Part shown: positions 27,110 through 37,158 of the stretch, piece by piece
Numbering within the stretch: position 1 is the stretch's first letter
Layout of the letters: every line of letters begins with the position of its first letter
From: a virus
Taxonomy: Duplodnaviria; Caudoviricetes
Strand: one strand, 5' to 3'
Length of the DNA: 56,053 nucleotides
IMG/VR virus record: IMGVR_UViG_3300047388_000165
Coordinates: 1 to 56,053 of that record
Notes under the pieces: generated by a model
What the model saw: only the letters and a program-made list of their open reading frames with translations
Database searches by the model: none
What the model was told of the DNA's origin: nothing
Translations under genes and position numbers: made by a program

Positions 27110-28486
27110 TCATGCGTTGGAGAACGTACCACTGAAGGCTTCCAGAACGCCAGTGGTGCCATAAGCCCACAGCCGGGCAGGATCACCCACGTCCAGACGG
27201 CCTGTCAATAGGACCACGGAGTTCACGCCAGCGATGAGGGAGAATGGTAGCACATACACGCCAGGCGCGGGAAGATTGGCGGGAACCACATCCAGCCGAT
27301 GCACTCCGTCCTGCACCACCGAGAACCCTCCATTGATGGCCGCAGCAGTGACGGTGACAGTCACTTTGCAGTTCACTGCCGGTCCAGTGAAGGTGAGCGT
27401 GCCCAGGGCTTCCACTTTCGATGGAGGCCCACCAGTTCCTTTGGCTGCCACGTTAAAGTTCGCACCAGAGAAAACTCCTATCGCAACCGGGCTCGGCCCA
27501 CTCCCGGGAGTCGCGAGCACGTTGGTCCACACCAACTGACTCCAGTTGATGATCTGAGCGTTCATGGTGAAAGCCTTGGAACAGTTGCCGCCATTGATCG
27601 AGCACTCGATGGTGAGGTGCAGCAAGCCGCCGCCACTGGAGGGCGTGCCGCTGATAATGCCCGTGGCTGAGTCGAGCGAGAGTCCCGAGGGAAGCGTGCC
27701 GGAAGTGATCGACCACACCTCGGCGGCATTGTTCGGATTGAAAGCGGTCAGCGTCACTGAGTATGGCGTGCCAAAGAAGGCATCCGGCAACGCCGAGTCT
27801 GTAACAATGCCGGTTACAGAGGCTAAGTAATTCTGCTGCGTCACCAGACCGGCGGCGCTCGTGGCGCGAAGGGTGAATTGATGGGTGCCAAAAGTCGTTG
27901 CCGTCCCCTGCAACACAATCCGATCGGACTGGATGGTCATGGAGATTCCCGGTGGCAAATCTCCAGCAATCAAATCAACCGTGACTGGGGTATCAGTGGA
28001 CAGGATGGCAATAGTTCCGAAATAAAAGTCCCCGCGGCAGAGGGTGGCGGTGGGCACCAGGGTTCCCATGCAAATCGACCGGCCACGAAGAGCAGCCGCA
28101 GCAGCAGTGAAAGCCTTTCGGTCGGCCAACACCTGATTGTCAGCCACGAAAATGCCTGCTGGAATTGTGACTGAGTAGATGCTGCCATTGGCACAGACGC
28201 CTGAAGCGGTCTGAACGGAGTTGGAAAATATCGGGTCGCACGGGCTGGCGCAGATCACGGTCTGGTTGTCGGCGATCCGATCGGCGTCCGCCTGGGAAAC
28301 CTGTGACTCCACAATCGCCTCACACGGATAGACGGTAAATGGTTTGTTGAGCGCTGGAAGTTTATTCTGCCATGCGATCCCAATGAACGTGGTGGAGTCG
28401 TCCGCTTCCGATGAGAAGGCCGTCAGCGGGTTCGGGTTCGTCTCACACGTGCTGGGCGTTTTATCGCAAGGGAATGGAGCATCCAT
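27110..28486 (-). CDS. Tail fibre/decoration protein with putative Ig (He_PIG) domains
   Basis: LPPGI..; WSITSGTLPSGLSLDSATGIISGTP. Confidence 0.8.
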   Translation of the reverse strand: MDAPFPCDKTPSTCETNPNPLTAFSSEADDSTTFIGIAWQNKLPALNKPFTVYPCEAIVESQVSQADADRIADNQTVICASPCDPIFSNSVQTASGVCANGSIYSVTIPAGIFVADNQVLADRKAFTAAAAALRGRSICMGTLVPTATLCRGDFYFGTIAILSTDTPVTVDLIAGDLPPGISMTIQSDRIVLQGTATTFGTHQFTLRATSAAGLVTQQNYLASVTGIVTDSALPDAFFGTPYSVTLTAFNPNNAAEVWSITSGTLPSGLSLDSATGIISGTPSSGGGLLHLTIECSINGGNCSKAFTMNAQIINWSQLVWTNVLATPGSGPSPVAIGVFSGANFNVAAKGTGGPPSKVEALGTLTFTGPAVNCKVTVTVTAAAINGGFSVVQDGVHRLDVVPANLPAPGVYVLPFSLIAGVNSVVLLTGRLDVGDPARLWAYGTTGVLEAFSGTFSNA

Positions 28487-28487
28487 A

Positions 28488-31229
28488 TCAACAAATCTTT
28501 CCTTCGTAGAGTGCCTTGCCCTTCGGAATCGCGTGCAGCAACAATCCCCGGATACGGCAAAAACCTTTGACTGTCAACCGCGGTTGACACTGGTAGTTGA
28601 TGTAGGAGGGCCGGCCACTGCCTGAGGAGCAGGATTCCGGAGGGGTCGGCAGCGTCATGGTCTGACGATAGCTCTCGCCATACGGGACCAGTGGATAACA
28701 CTGCACCTGGGCCAGTCCAGTGCAGGGATTGATCGCGGTGTTTTCACAGCTGTTGCGCGGCGAGCACACCTTCCACTCGTGCCATTTCTTCCAACACGAC
28801 TCGCCATCTGGACGATACTCCAGCAGGAACACCACCTCGCCATACAGGCGGTCGATCCAGATTTCTCCGGCGATCTGCTGTTTCATGGCAAACTCATTGC
28901 CCCACGTGAGCGCCGGAAACTCCACCTGCATCTGGATGCGGGTGTTGTCGTTGTCGAACCGGTTGTCAGCGGTCAGCTCCCACAGTTGCAGGGTGAAGTC
29001 GGTGCGCGACACCACCACCGCGAACGCGCGTTCCTTGCCGTTGAAAATTCCAGAGAAGGTCTGGAGGATATCCAAACCTTCGAGCATCCCCTCCCAGATC
29101 GGCGCTGACTGTGCGTTGAAATTGCTGATGGGCTCAAGGTCCATGGCCGACAACGCCTGATGCACTACGCCCTGAGGGGTGAGGAGGGGGAGAGCGGACT
29201 GCAACATCCGGTTGTTGAAGTAGATTCCACATCCCCAGCTGAGCAGGGTTTTGTCGTTGAACTGGAGAAGGCGGTTGATGTTGGAACTGATCGGCAGGTT
29301 GCCCCACTGCCCAAAATAGCGCACCGCCGTCAACAGCGTGCGGACATTGCCGAGTGGGTCCTGATAAAAAAGGTCGCCGTTGACCTGCACCACCGAGCGA
29401 TCCGATAGCGTCCCCATGGCCAACTGCACCGGAACCATCTTCGGCTGGTTCGACCGGTCGGCCCCAATCCAATCCAGGCGAGTCACCGGCACCGTCAGGC
29501 CGTGAGCGCCGCGCGGCGTGAAGGCGAAGAGCACACCCTGACCCAGAGCGTTATCCTGATTGGCGTTGTGCTTCAGGGCGGTGATGAGCCCCTCGTTGGC
29601 CGGCGTGGAAAAACCATCACCTCCCAAAACCAGAGGGTTCTCGGTGACGTTCAGGATGGCGTCTCGGAAGTTGTAGGTCGCGGTGCCTGATGGTCCGCCA
29701 GTGATGTCGCCAGCCTGAAAGTTGAGCCCCACCGAGTACCAAAGCCGCCCCATGTAAAAGTCCATAGGACCTCCGGGAGGCAGCTCGTTGACCCCTGGAG
29801 TGCCGGGAGCCACGGCGTTATCGTTTATGCCGATGGACTGGCGAAGGACAGAACCATCCCAGAAGAGCGGCAAAGTTGTGTAATCGCCCGCCTGGATAAT
29901 TGCGAACTCATTTCCTTGAGCAAAGAAGGGCTTTTTTAATCCATCTCCAAAATTGAACGGTGTCGCGTGCTTGATGCTGGTGACGATGGCTGCGGCCCAA
30001 AAGATGTTGATGGAAGAACCCACGGCGATATTGCCATCAGGAAAGAGGCCGGGAGGGACCTGCGCGGGCTGGGTCATCATCATGTGCGAGTTGCCCAAGG
30101 CAGCCACCACGAAAGGACTGAGCACCCAATTTGGAACCGGCGTGCAATCCATGCGGAGGAGCGCTGTTGGAGTGATCGTGGTTCCACCCATCGTGGCCAT
30201 GTTCGCCATCGGCTTGCCACAGATGCTGGTGACTGCATTGCCCGCTGCGTCCCGCAGGATGCCCCCGTGAAATCCGATATCGTTGCTCAGGGTGTTGGTG
30301 CCGCTGTTGTAATTTATGACCTGGTCGAGGTTGGGCACCGTGAACAGATAGGAGTGGTTCGCGTCCTGAAGAATGTAGGACCCTGGTTGCACGCGCACGT
30401 CGATGGGGTTGGTGAAGATAGTGTTGACCGAGCCACCTCCGTTGGGCGCCACGAACGGCTTCATGCCCCACGTGGCAATGTTGGTCAGTTGTCCTATCAC
30501 TGGCACCCCATGAGGATCACCGAACACCGCGAGGCCTGTGATCGTTTGACCTGCGGGAAGGAGGTTGCTGTGGTTGTTCACCAAGGTCACATTCGCTACC
30601 CACTGCCCGTTGACACTGTCGTACGTGATCGCCAGAGCGGAGAGCGTCATCGTGCCGTAGAACTTGATGATGTCGCCCACGCTGCCCACCGGGTCCGCGG
30701 TAGTCGTGAACGTGATATTGCTTCCGATGGCTGGCTGGGCAAAAAATGCTGGGAGCCCATAAAGCGATTGGATATCTGGGGCGACCGTGATTTGACCTAC
30801 CGTGCCGACGGGCGGGATCGAAAGATTCTTGAGCGTGATGCTCGGCTTGTTGTTCACGTTCTGGACGTAGGCAGTGGTGAACAAATCCTCCAAGCTGTTG
30901 TCATCAGCGTTGGCCTTGTAGAGGCGGCCACCAATCAGGAAAAGGAAGTAAGGGTCCAGTCCATCGATGGGCTGATAAAGAAACCCGCCCTGATACGTTC
31001 CTGAACCAGTGCCGATCTTCTTCAGGAATCTCCAGCCACCGCGCGGAGTAATGCCGCCATCACGGACGGAACCATTGGTGAGCCACGCCAGCTCGTTGCG
31101 AGCGAGCCCGTTGGGGTTTTGATCGGAGGCGATGGTGGTCACCTTGAGGGAGTTGACTCCCCCAGAGAAGTCCACCGACCCATCAACATTCGAAACATCG
31201 GAGTTTGGACTGGGGCTGGGCTGTGCCAT
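28488..31229 (-). CDS. Tail nozzle/stabilisation protein (tubular B / P22 gp10-like)
   Basis: FSGGVNS..P..L..N....N.SVR.G..PRGG N-terminus; beta-rich; 913 aa with an apparent insertion. Confidence 0.7.
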   Translation of the reverse strand: MAQPSPSPNSDVSNVDGSVDFSGGVNSLKVTTIASDQNPNGLARNELAWLTNGSVRDGGITPRGGWRFLKKIGTGSGTYQGGFLYQPIDGLDPYFLFLIGGRLYKANADDNSLEDLFTTAYVQNVNNKPSITLKNLSIPPVGTVGQITVAPDIQSLYGLPAFFAQPAIGSNITFTTTADPVGSVGDIIKFYGTMTLSALAITYDSVNGQWVANVTLVNNHSNLLPAGQTITGLAVFGDPHGVPVIGQLTNIATWGMKPFVAPNGGGSVNTIFTNPIDVRVQPGSYILQDANHSYLFTVPNLDQVINYNSGTNTLSNDIGFHGGILRDAAGNAVTSICGKPMANMATMGGTTITPTALLRMDCTPVPNWVLSPFVVAALGNSHMMMTQPAQVPPGLFPDGNIAVGSSINIFWAAAIVTSIKHATPFNFGDGLKKPFFAQGNEFAIIQAGDYTTLPLFWDGSVLRQSIGINDNAVAPGTPGVNELPPGGPMDFYMGRLWYSVGLNFQAGDITGGPSGTATYNFRDAILNVTENPLVLGGDGFSTPANEGLITALKHNANQDNALGQGVLFAFTPRGAHGLTVPVTRLDWIGADRSNQPKMVPVQLAMGTLSDRSVVQVNGDLFYQDPLGNVRTLLTAVRYFGQWGNLPISSNINRLLQFNDKTLLSWGCGIYFNNRMLQSALPLLTPQGVVHQALSAMDLEPISNFNAQSAPIWEGMLEGLDILQTFSGIFNGKERAFAVVVSRTDFTLQLWELTADNRFDNDNTRIQMQVEFPALTWGNEFAMKQQIAGEIWIDRLYGEVVFLLEYRPDGESCWKKWHEWKVCSPRNSCENTAINPCTGLAQVQCYPLVPYGESYRQTMTLPTPPESCSSGSGRPSYINYQCQPRLTVKGFCRIRGLLLHAIPKGKALYEGKIC
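28572..28589. repeat. Dispersed palindrome
   Basis: Perfect 18-bp copy. Confidence 0.95.
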
Positions 31230-31274
31230 ACTGCTTGACCCTAGCGCGGGCAGTGATTAACTCAAGAGAAAACA

Positions 31275-33134
31275 ATGGCCTCCGTTGCTCCTTACACTCC
31301 AAGACGCTCCAACAAAATCGAGAAGTACGGTCGCCTCATCAGCCCCACCGTGGACCCCGTGGCGCTGGAGATCGACATGATCCGCAAGGGCGGACAATGG
31401 ATGGAGGAGGACCGCATCGTGGGCATGGGGCTGTTCTACCACTTCATGCAGCTGGAGACGCTGCTGTGGCCGCACAAGAAGTGGCATCGTTGGAGCGAGC
31501 TGGTGCTCGAGAATTATCTGAAGTACCGATCGATTGGCTGCATGGGTCCGGCCAGCTCCGGCAAATCGTTCTGCTTCGCCACCGACGCATTAGCCGACTA
31601 CTACTGCTTCAGCGATTGCACCACTGTCCTGTGCTGCTCGACCACCCGGGAAATGTTGGAGCAACGCATCTTCGGCGAAGTGAAGAAGCATCACCTCCTC
31701 GCCAAAAAAGCCCGTTCGTGGATTCCTGGTTTCATCAAGGAGTCCCGCCAGCGCATCGTCACTGCCACCAAGGACGCTGATGTGGAAGGGATCGATGTCC
31801 GCAATGGATTTCTGGGAGTGCCCTGCAAACGGGGCAACGACTATGTGGGCCTCGGAGATTTCGCCGGTGTGAAGAACAAGCGGGTCCGCCTCATCGCCGA
31901 CGAGTTGCACCTCCTGCCGCGCGTCTTCGTGGATGCAATCGCCAACCTCGACAAGAACCCCGACTTCAAAGCTGCGGGACTGGGCAATCCGAAGGACACG
32001 ACCGACGCACTTGGCATCATGTGCGAGCCCTCCGCCGAGCTGGGTGGATGGGATGGTGGCATTGACCAATCCCCTGGCACAAAGACGTGGCCCACCCGCC
32101 GACCCCAAGGCGTCTGCATCCAGCTGCCGGGAAGTGACTCTCCAAATCTGAAAGGTGATCTCGGCATCCCGCTTATCACTCAGGCCGATATCGACCGTGA
32201 CGTGGCGTTCTACGGCACCGACTCCATCTGGGTGTCGATGATGGATGAAGGCAAGATGCCGCGCGGCCAGGGAAGCCGGCGCGTGCTGACCCGGAACATG
32301 GCGATCAAAAACAAAGCCATGGAGCAGCCCGTCTGGAGGAACTCGAACCGGACGAGGATTGCGTGTCTCGACGCGGCGTACAAGGGAGTTGGCGGTGACC
32401 GCTGCGTGTACGCAGAGCTGGAGTTTGGCGATGAGATCAACTCCTCGGAGCCGGATATGGGCGTAGCCACCGTGGAGGTGTTGGTCAACCAGGCGGTTCC
32501 CAAGCAGCCGATTCGACCGATCATCATGCTGCTCAAAACCGAGATCATTCCCATCCAAGGGCAGGTCAAAGATGAAGCGGAAGAACAGATCGCCGAGTTC
32601 GTCATCAGCCACTGCGAAGCGAGCGGCATACCGCAGGACAAGTTCTTCTACGACTCCGGCATGCGGACTGGACTTGTGAGCGCTTTCGCAAGAAGAGGGT
32701 GGATATCATCCGTTTCCATCGACTGCGGTGGCCCTGCCTCCGAGAAGTCGGTAAGCGAACAGATTCAAATTCCGTGCAAGGATTACTACTTCAATTACGT
32801 GACCGAGATGTGGTACTCCGTTCGTCACATCGTTGAGTCCGGACAGTTCCGCGGGATGACCGAGGACGTGCTGATGGAGTTCTGCCAGCGCGAGTGGGGC
32901 ATGGCCGGAAAGAACAAGATTCAGGTCGAGCCCAAGGCGGATATGAAGCTCAAGACTGGACGCTCTCCCGACTTGGCCGACTGCGTATCGGTGGGCATTG
33001 AAGGAGCCCGGCGCTTGGGATTCATCATCAAGAATCTCGGTAAGCAGGTCGTGCTGCACCGGGAGGATTGGCTGAAAGGCACCCGCGATAAAGCCCGTGA
33101 GTCCATGAGGAAACACGAGCTGAACTATTCCTAG
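31275..33134 (+). CDS. terL: Terminase large subunit
   Basis: Walker A GPASSGKS, Walker B LIADE, GN motif, RNase H-like LDAA..GGDRC and SPDLAD. Confidence 0.9.
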   Translation: MASVAPYTPRRSNKIEKYGRLISPTVDPVALEIDMIRKGGQWMEEDRIVGMGLFYHFMQLETLLWPHKKWHRWSELVLENYLKYRSIGCMGPASSGKSFCFATDALADYYCFSDCTTVLCCSTTREMLEQRIFGEVKKHHLLAKKARSWIPGFIKESRQRIVTATKDADVEGIDVRNGFLGVPCKRGNDYVGLGDFAGVKNKRVRLIADELHLLPRVFVDAIANLDKNPDFKAAGLGNPKDTTDALGIMCEPSAELGGWDGGIDQSPGTKTWPTRRPQGVCIQLPGSDSPNLKGDLGIPLITQADIDRDVAFYGTDSIWVSMMDEGKMPRGQGSRRVLTRNMAIKNKAMEQPVWRNSNRTRIACLDAAYKGVGGDRCVYAELEFGDEINSSEPDMGVATVEVLVNQAVPKQPIRPIIMLLKTEIIPIQGQVKDEAEEQIAEFVISHCEASGIPQDKFFYDSGMRTGLVSAFARRGWISSVSIDCGGPASEKSVSEQIQIPCKDYYFNYVTEMWYSVRHIVESGQFRGMTEDVLMEFCQREWGMAGKNKIQVEPKADMKLKTGRSPDLADCVSVGIEGARRLGFIIKNLGKQVVLHREDWLKGTRDKARESMRKHELNYS

Positions 33135-34522
33135 CTATCCGGGAAAGACGGCTGCAACGGATACACCCGGTTCGGAGTCAGCAAACCACCACCTTTGACG
33201 AACCGGAACTCATCGATGTAGCCATTGATCGAGCGGGAAGTTCCGGTTTTGTTTCCTCCGATAATCACCGTGTCTGCGCCGTTGTAATACAAAGCCGGGA
33301 ACGTCGTCAGAGTGTTGGTGTAAGTGATAAATCCGTTGACCGTGCAGATAACCTGCATCCCCTTTCGCTCCACCAGAATCTCAGAGGGATCAGTGGTTGA
33401 CAGCAGTGCGATCTGAGGTCCGTTCAGGATGTCGAAACTCGCCCCCAAGCTGCTCAAATAAAGATGAAGGTCGGTGTTGCCGCCGCCTCCAGGATTTAGG
33501 TCGATCGCAATGCCAGCGACAGTATCGCCATCCCGGGTGTGAAATACACGGGCGCTGGTCTGGGGAGCGCCGATGTACTTGTAGTAAAACTGGATCGTCC
33601 AGTCACCTGAGCCCACTTGATATCCTGTGTTGATCGGCATGGAGACGCAGGAGTTGCCGCTGGCCGCGACCTTGAGCGATGACACGCCAAACGCAAACCA
33701 GTTCGTGCTGAGCTGAGCGCCGCCGTTCGCAGTCCAAATGTTTGCCGGCACCGAGTCAGTGACTATCGTGGACGTGTTGGTTCCCTCAAAATGCAGCAGG
33801 GAGGACACCTGAGCGAAGGGCGCGTTGGTGTAGGTGTACGCTGACAGGGTGCTGTTGGTGCCATTCGCTTTGTTGTTAAACGTCGTCCAGTCCGTCAAAG
33901 AAAGATAACCGTTGTGAGAGGAGTCCGCCTGTTGCTGTGAAAGCGATGTTCCGCTTCCAATCACCGCCCCGGTGCCGCCAGTGACGGTAATCCCATCCGT
34001 TCCGGCATCAGTGAGATTTCCAATGGTGAGCGCGGACTGCTTCGAGTTGAACGTGGACCAGTCCGTCAGGGAGAGGTAGCCGTTGTGCGTCGAGTCCGCC
34101 ACGTGCATGGAGAAAATGCCCGTCGTGTTGTCGTATAGAACCGGCGTGGTGGCTGACACATCACCTCTCACGATGGCGGTGATGGATGGCAGGTCGCCAG
34201 TGGTGAGTGAGCGAAAGGATGGGAACCCCAATCCACCATCAGGACTGGCGAACACCAGATTCCCCAGTTGACCGACCGGAGAGAATGTCACTGCGGGAGC
34301 CGTGGTGGGATTGGCGACGCTAGACGTGAACAGTGGAGAGAGGTTCCCCACCGTCAGGTTGCTCACAGTGCCACCGCCACCGGGAGCGTTGGTCTGTATC
34401 CCAAGATAATTCCGATCTGCCTCGGCGCTCGGCTGGCGGAGAAATCCCTGATTGAAGTAGCTGATTTGAGCTGATGCGGTGATGCAGGAGCACAACAAAA
34501 GGAAGAGGGCTCTGAGTCTCAT
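33131..34522 (-). CDS. Fibre/adhesin-like protein with LamG/ConA domain and N-terminal signal-like peptide
   Basis: SLLHFEG, GDWTIQFY, NGYIDEFRFVKG; two ADSxHNGYLSLTDWxTFNxK repeats. Confidence 0.8.
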   Translation of the reverse strand: MRLRALFLLLCSCITASAQISYFNQGFLRQPSAEADRNYLGIQTNAPGGGGTVSNLTVGNLSPLFTSSVANPTTAPAVTFSPVGQLGNLVFASPDGGLGFPSFRSLTTGDLPSITAIVRGDVSATTPVLYDNTTGIFSMHVADSTHNGYLSLTDWSTFNSKQSALTIGNLTDAGTDGITVTGGTGAVIGSGTSLSQQQADSSHNGYLSLTDWTTFNNKANGTNSTLSAYTYTNAPFAQVSSLLHFEGTNTSTIVTDSVPANIWTANGGAQLSTNWFAFGVSSLKVAASGNSCVSMPINTGYQVGSGDWTIQFYYKYIGAPQTSARVFHTRDGDTVAGIAIDLNPGGGGNTDLHLYLSSLGASFDILNGPQIALLSTTDPSEILVERKGMQVICTVNGFITYTNTLTTFPALYYNGADTVIIGGNKTGTSRSINGYIDEFRFVKGGGLLTPNRVYPLQPSFPDS

Positions 34523-34583
34523 GCCGTCGGGTATATACTTTTCCCCAGTTGCGTTCAATGGTAAAGAGTGCAAGCCTTCAGGA

Positions 34584-34814
34584 ATGCAACCCCTTCTCGC
34601 AGCTGCCATCGCAGGCAATGACTTCGTTCACGGCCTGATTTACATGATCGTCATTGGGATAATCCTCGGCCTATTGCTCTGGCTGGTGTCGGTGATCCCG
34701 TTGATTCCACCGATCGTAAAGCAAGTCCTGACGTGGCTTATCTACCTCGTGGCCGTGCTAGTCCTTGTCAACTTCCTGCTCGGACTCACCGGCCACCCGC
34801 TGATCGCGTGGTGA
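34584..34814 (+). CDS. Small two-TM membrane protein on the opposite strand
   Basis: LIYMIVIGIILGLLLWLV..IP..PPIVKQVL..LIYLVAVLVLV. Confidence 0.7.
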   Translation: MQPLLAAAIAGNDFVHGLIYMIVIGIILGLLLWLVSVIPLIPPIVKQVLTWLIYLVAVLVLVNFLLGLTGHPLIAW

Positions 34815-35048
34815 TTAAGCTGCGGGAGCAGCGGCGAGCAGGGCCTTGCCTTTGTCGCTTTCCGGGTCAATTCCGAGCAGCTTCAGAACAGCGAGCATCC
34901 GGTCTTTGGCACTGTCTTTGCCTTTGGCGAGGATGGCCTGCCATTCCTCAGCAGACACCGATCCCTTCTTCTCGATGGTTGCGATCAGTTCATCCACAAG
35001 GGTAACAGCGAGTGGTCCGAATGCGTTCAGAAGTGCGGCGAAAGTCAT
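34815..35048 (-). CDS. Hypothetical protein (lysis region)
   Basis: 77 aa, coupled. Confidence 0.65.
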   Translation of the reverse strand: MTFAALLNAFGPLAVTLVDELIATIEKKGSVSAEEWQAILAKGKDSAKDRMLAVLKLLGIDPESDKGKALLAAAPAA

Positions 35049-35431
35049 GGCTTTTTAAGTTTGGTTTTGATTTGAGCAGCAGCGGGTTTGTAAAACTGGT
35101 CGATGACATCGGCCACACCCAGTGCCTCCTGAATCACATTGTCGGGAGCCAGGGCGTTGGTGTTGTTCTGCGCGAAGATCACTGCGGCCACGTAAACCTT
35201 CTGGAACTTGTTGTACGCCGCTCCCACTGGCGCGATGCCGTTGGTGGATGCCAACCCTTGCGCGGTGGCGATGTAGTAACCGTCAACGCCAGTAGTCACC
35301 ACGTCATGCGTGGCGGAAAGCGTGTTGGCAGCGAGGCGCTGCTGGGTGGTATTGCAGGCCGTGACCATGCCGACAACGAGCGCGGCGGTGAGGAGAACGA
35401 TCGAAATAACTGGGGAAGAGAATTTCTTCAT
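35045..35431 (-). CDS. Lipoprotein (possible spanin component)
   Basis: Signal peptide with lipobox MVTA-C. Confidence 0.7.
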   Translation of the reverse strand: MKKFSSPVISIVLLTAALVVGMVTACNTTQQRLAANTLSATHDVVTTGVDGYYIATAQGLASTNGIAPVGAAYNKFQKVYVAAVIFAQNNTNALAPDNVIQEALGVADVIDQFYKPAAAQIKTKLKKP

Positions 35432-35438
35432 CTGGCCC

Positions 35439-35801
35439 TTATACACCCGCAACTGGATTTTGGCTAGCGGGTTTTCTAATAAACTCAGTGGCGGATTCAG
35501 GGCTCATCACCTGCGCGTCGGGCTTTTCATCGGTCGTGGCCGGTAGAACCGTCCCCACCGGGAGCGTGTCCGCTGCCTTTTGCTGGATCGCCTTGGTGGT
35601 GTTTGCCTTCAGGCCGGAGACAATGGCGATGACGGCTGCGGTGAGTCCAAGAATCAGTTCGATGGTATCCGCCGCGCTCAATGCTTCAGCCATTTTGGTT
35701 CCACCGTGGGCCGCGACCCCGATGGCGATGATCTTGATGGCCGTCCTGACCGCGTAGGACTGCATTGGTGTCAGCTCCGGAACTCGGAATGGAGTGCTCA
35801 T
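35439..35801 (-). CDS. Holin-like membrane protein
   Basis: Two hydrophobic segments. Confidence 0.55.
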   Translation of the reverse strand: MSTPFRVPELTPMQSYAVRTAIKIIAIGVAAHGGTKMAEALSAADTIELILGLTAAVIAIVSGLKANTTKAIQQKAADTLPVGTVLPATTDEKPDAQVMSPESATEFIRKPASQNPVAGV

Positions 35802-36043
35802 GATTTTCCTGTGTGTTTTTCGGTATCTGATTTTATCTGGTCTTTCTTTCCACGTTCGTACGCGGCAATTACAGCCTCCACGTTCGCCGCCTTTGTCTCC
35901 GCTTTCCACTCCGTAAGCCGGCTGTTCAGCTCCTTGTGGACTGATCGTATCTTATACCATGCAGCCAATGAGGCGATGGTTGGAGCTACCGACACAATGA
36001 TCGCCACCAGCACCGCATCGGAAAATTTAATGACGGAGATCAT
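35798..36043 (-). CDS. Small membrane protein (holin-like)
   Basis: Single N-terminal TM; VHKELNSRL. Confidence 0.6.
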   Translation of the reverse strand: MISVIKFSDAVLVAIIVSVAPTIASLAAWYKIRSVHKELNSRLTEWKAETKAANVEAVIAAYERGKKDQIKSDTEKHTGKS

Positions 36044-36318
36044 GGAGACGCAGATTGATTCATCAGGTTCACGATGCCGTCAGCGGTTGGCAGCTTCAGC
36101 GTGGGGTTGTTGATGGCGAGCTGGTTCTCCCACATGATCTGATGCTGGATGGTCCAGGCTTTGCGCTGGAAGTTCTCCATCGAAACCAGTTTGGCATAAA
36201 TCAACGTGAACGAAGCCGCCGCCGTCAGCAGCGGAATCACAATTTCCAGGCGCATTTTGGTTTTCAATCCAAGGCTGGTGTCTGCCTTGTCTTCTTCTCT
36301 CGTAGCCGGGTTTTGCAT
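36040..36318 (-). CDS. Small membrane protein
   Basis: Single TM. Confidence 0.55.
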   Translation of the reverse strand: MQNPATREEDKADTSLGLKTKMRLEIVIPLLTAAASFTLIYAKLVSMENFQRKAWTIQHQIMWENQLAINNPTLKLPTADGIVNLMNQSASP

Positions 36319-36322
36319 ATTT

Positions 36323-36922
36323 TTATTGTGTTGATGTTGCTTTGCCACGATAAAACCTTGCAGCTGTCGGGTCACCGGTCACTCGCCACACACCGTTTGT
36401 TGATACCGCATCAAGGTCAGCCCATTGAGACAGGTCGGGACTTGCTTGTAAAGTTGCATCCGTCACTGGCTGGTCAAACACAAAGAACAAATCCAAAAAT
36501 AACGGCGTGGTGTAGGACGCCTCCGCCGACAGATCGCTTTCCGCACCATTCTGATCGATAGCGGTGGCGGCAAAGTAGTAGGTAGTTCCTCCATGAAGCC
36601 CCATCAGGGTGGTGTTTGTCAGCGTTCCAACCGCAACGACATTCGAATAATTGCTCGGCCAGGTGCCGTCATTGTCGAAGCGAGACTCGATATCGTAGTA
36701 GAGGTTATATCCAGAGACGATTAGATCGTCCTCGTTGGTGGATGGGTTCCACTGCAACCCGACATCTTTTGGAACCACCGTGATGGAACCTCCCGGAGCT
36801 ACTGTTGACTTAAGCGACGCTTTACTAAAAACAACTGACGCGGGCTTTACCGATATCTGTTTTTGGTGTGGGGCGGCGCATCCTATAATCAGCAACAAGC
36901 ACAATGGCAGGAGCCGCATCAT
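36323..36922 (-). CDS. Fibronectin type III lipoprotein
   Basis: LLIIG-C lipobox; LQWNPS..GYNLYY..GLHGGTTYYFAATAID..G.ES..S. Confidence 0.8.
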   Translation of the reverse strand: MMRLLPLCLLLIIGCAAPHQKQISVKPASVVFSKASLKSTVAPGGSITVVPKDVGLQWNPSTNEDDLIVSGYNLYYDIESRFDNDGTWPSNYSNVVAVGTLTNTTLMGLHGGTTYYFAATAIDQNGAESDLSAEASYTTPLFLDLFFVFDQPVTDATLQASPDLSQWADLDAVSTNGVWRVTGDPTAARFYRGKATSTQ

Positions 36923-37155
36923 GTCGCTATTTGGTTGAGCAGTACCAACTCCATCAACTGAGGGATGCTGACCATCCCATAACACTCCAGGCACTTGCCT
37001 TGCGCGATCAACCCTTGAGGGGTCACATCATTGGCGGCGTTGTGAGCGGTTGAAATCTGGGACAGCAACGCCAGCTTCATGATCTCGAAGGTGCTGGCAC
37101 CATAGCAGGCAAAACATTTACCTGCCGTCATCAGTGATTGTGGGTCTGTGGCCAT
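36919..37155 (-). CDS. Small virion-associated protein with two KCxxC repeats
   Basis: Internal duplication; paralogous to the N-terminus of 37159-37515. Confidence 0.75.
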   Translation of the reverse strand: MATDPQSLMTAGKCFACYGASTFEIMKLALLSQISTAHNAANDVTPQGLIAQGKCLECYGMVSIPQLMELVLLNQIAT

Positions 37156-37158
37156 ACT

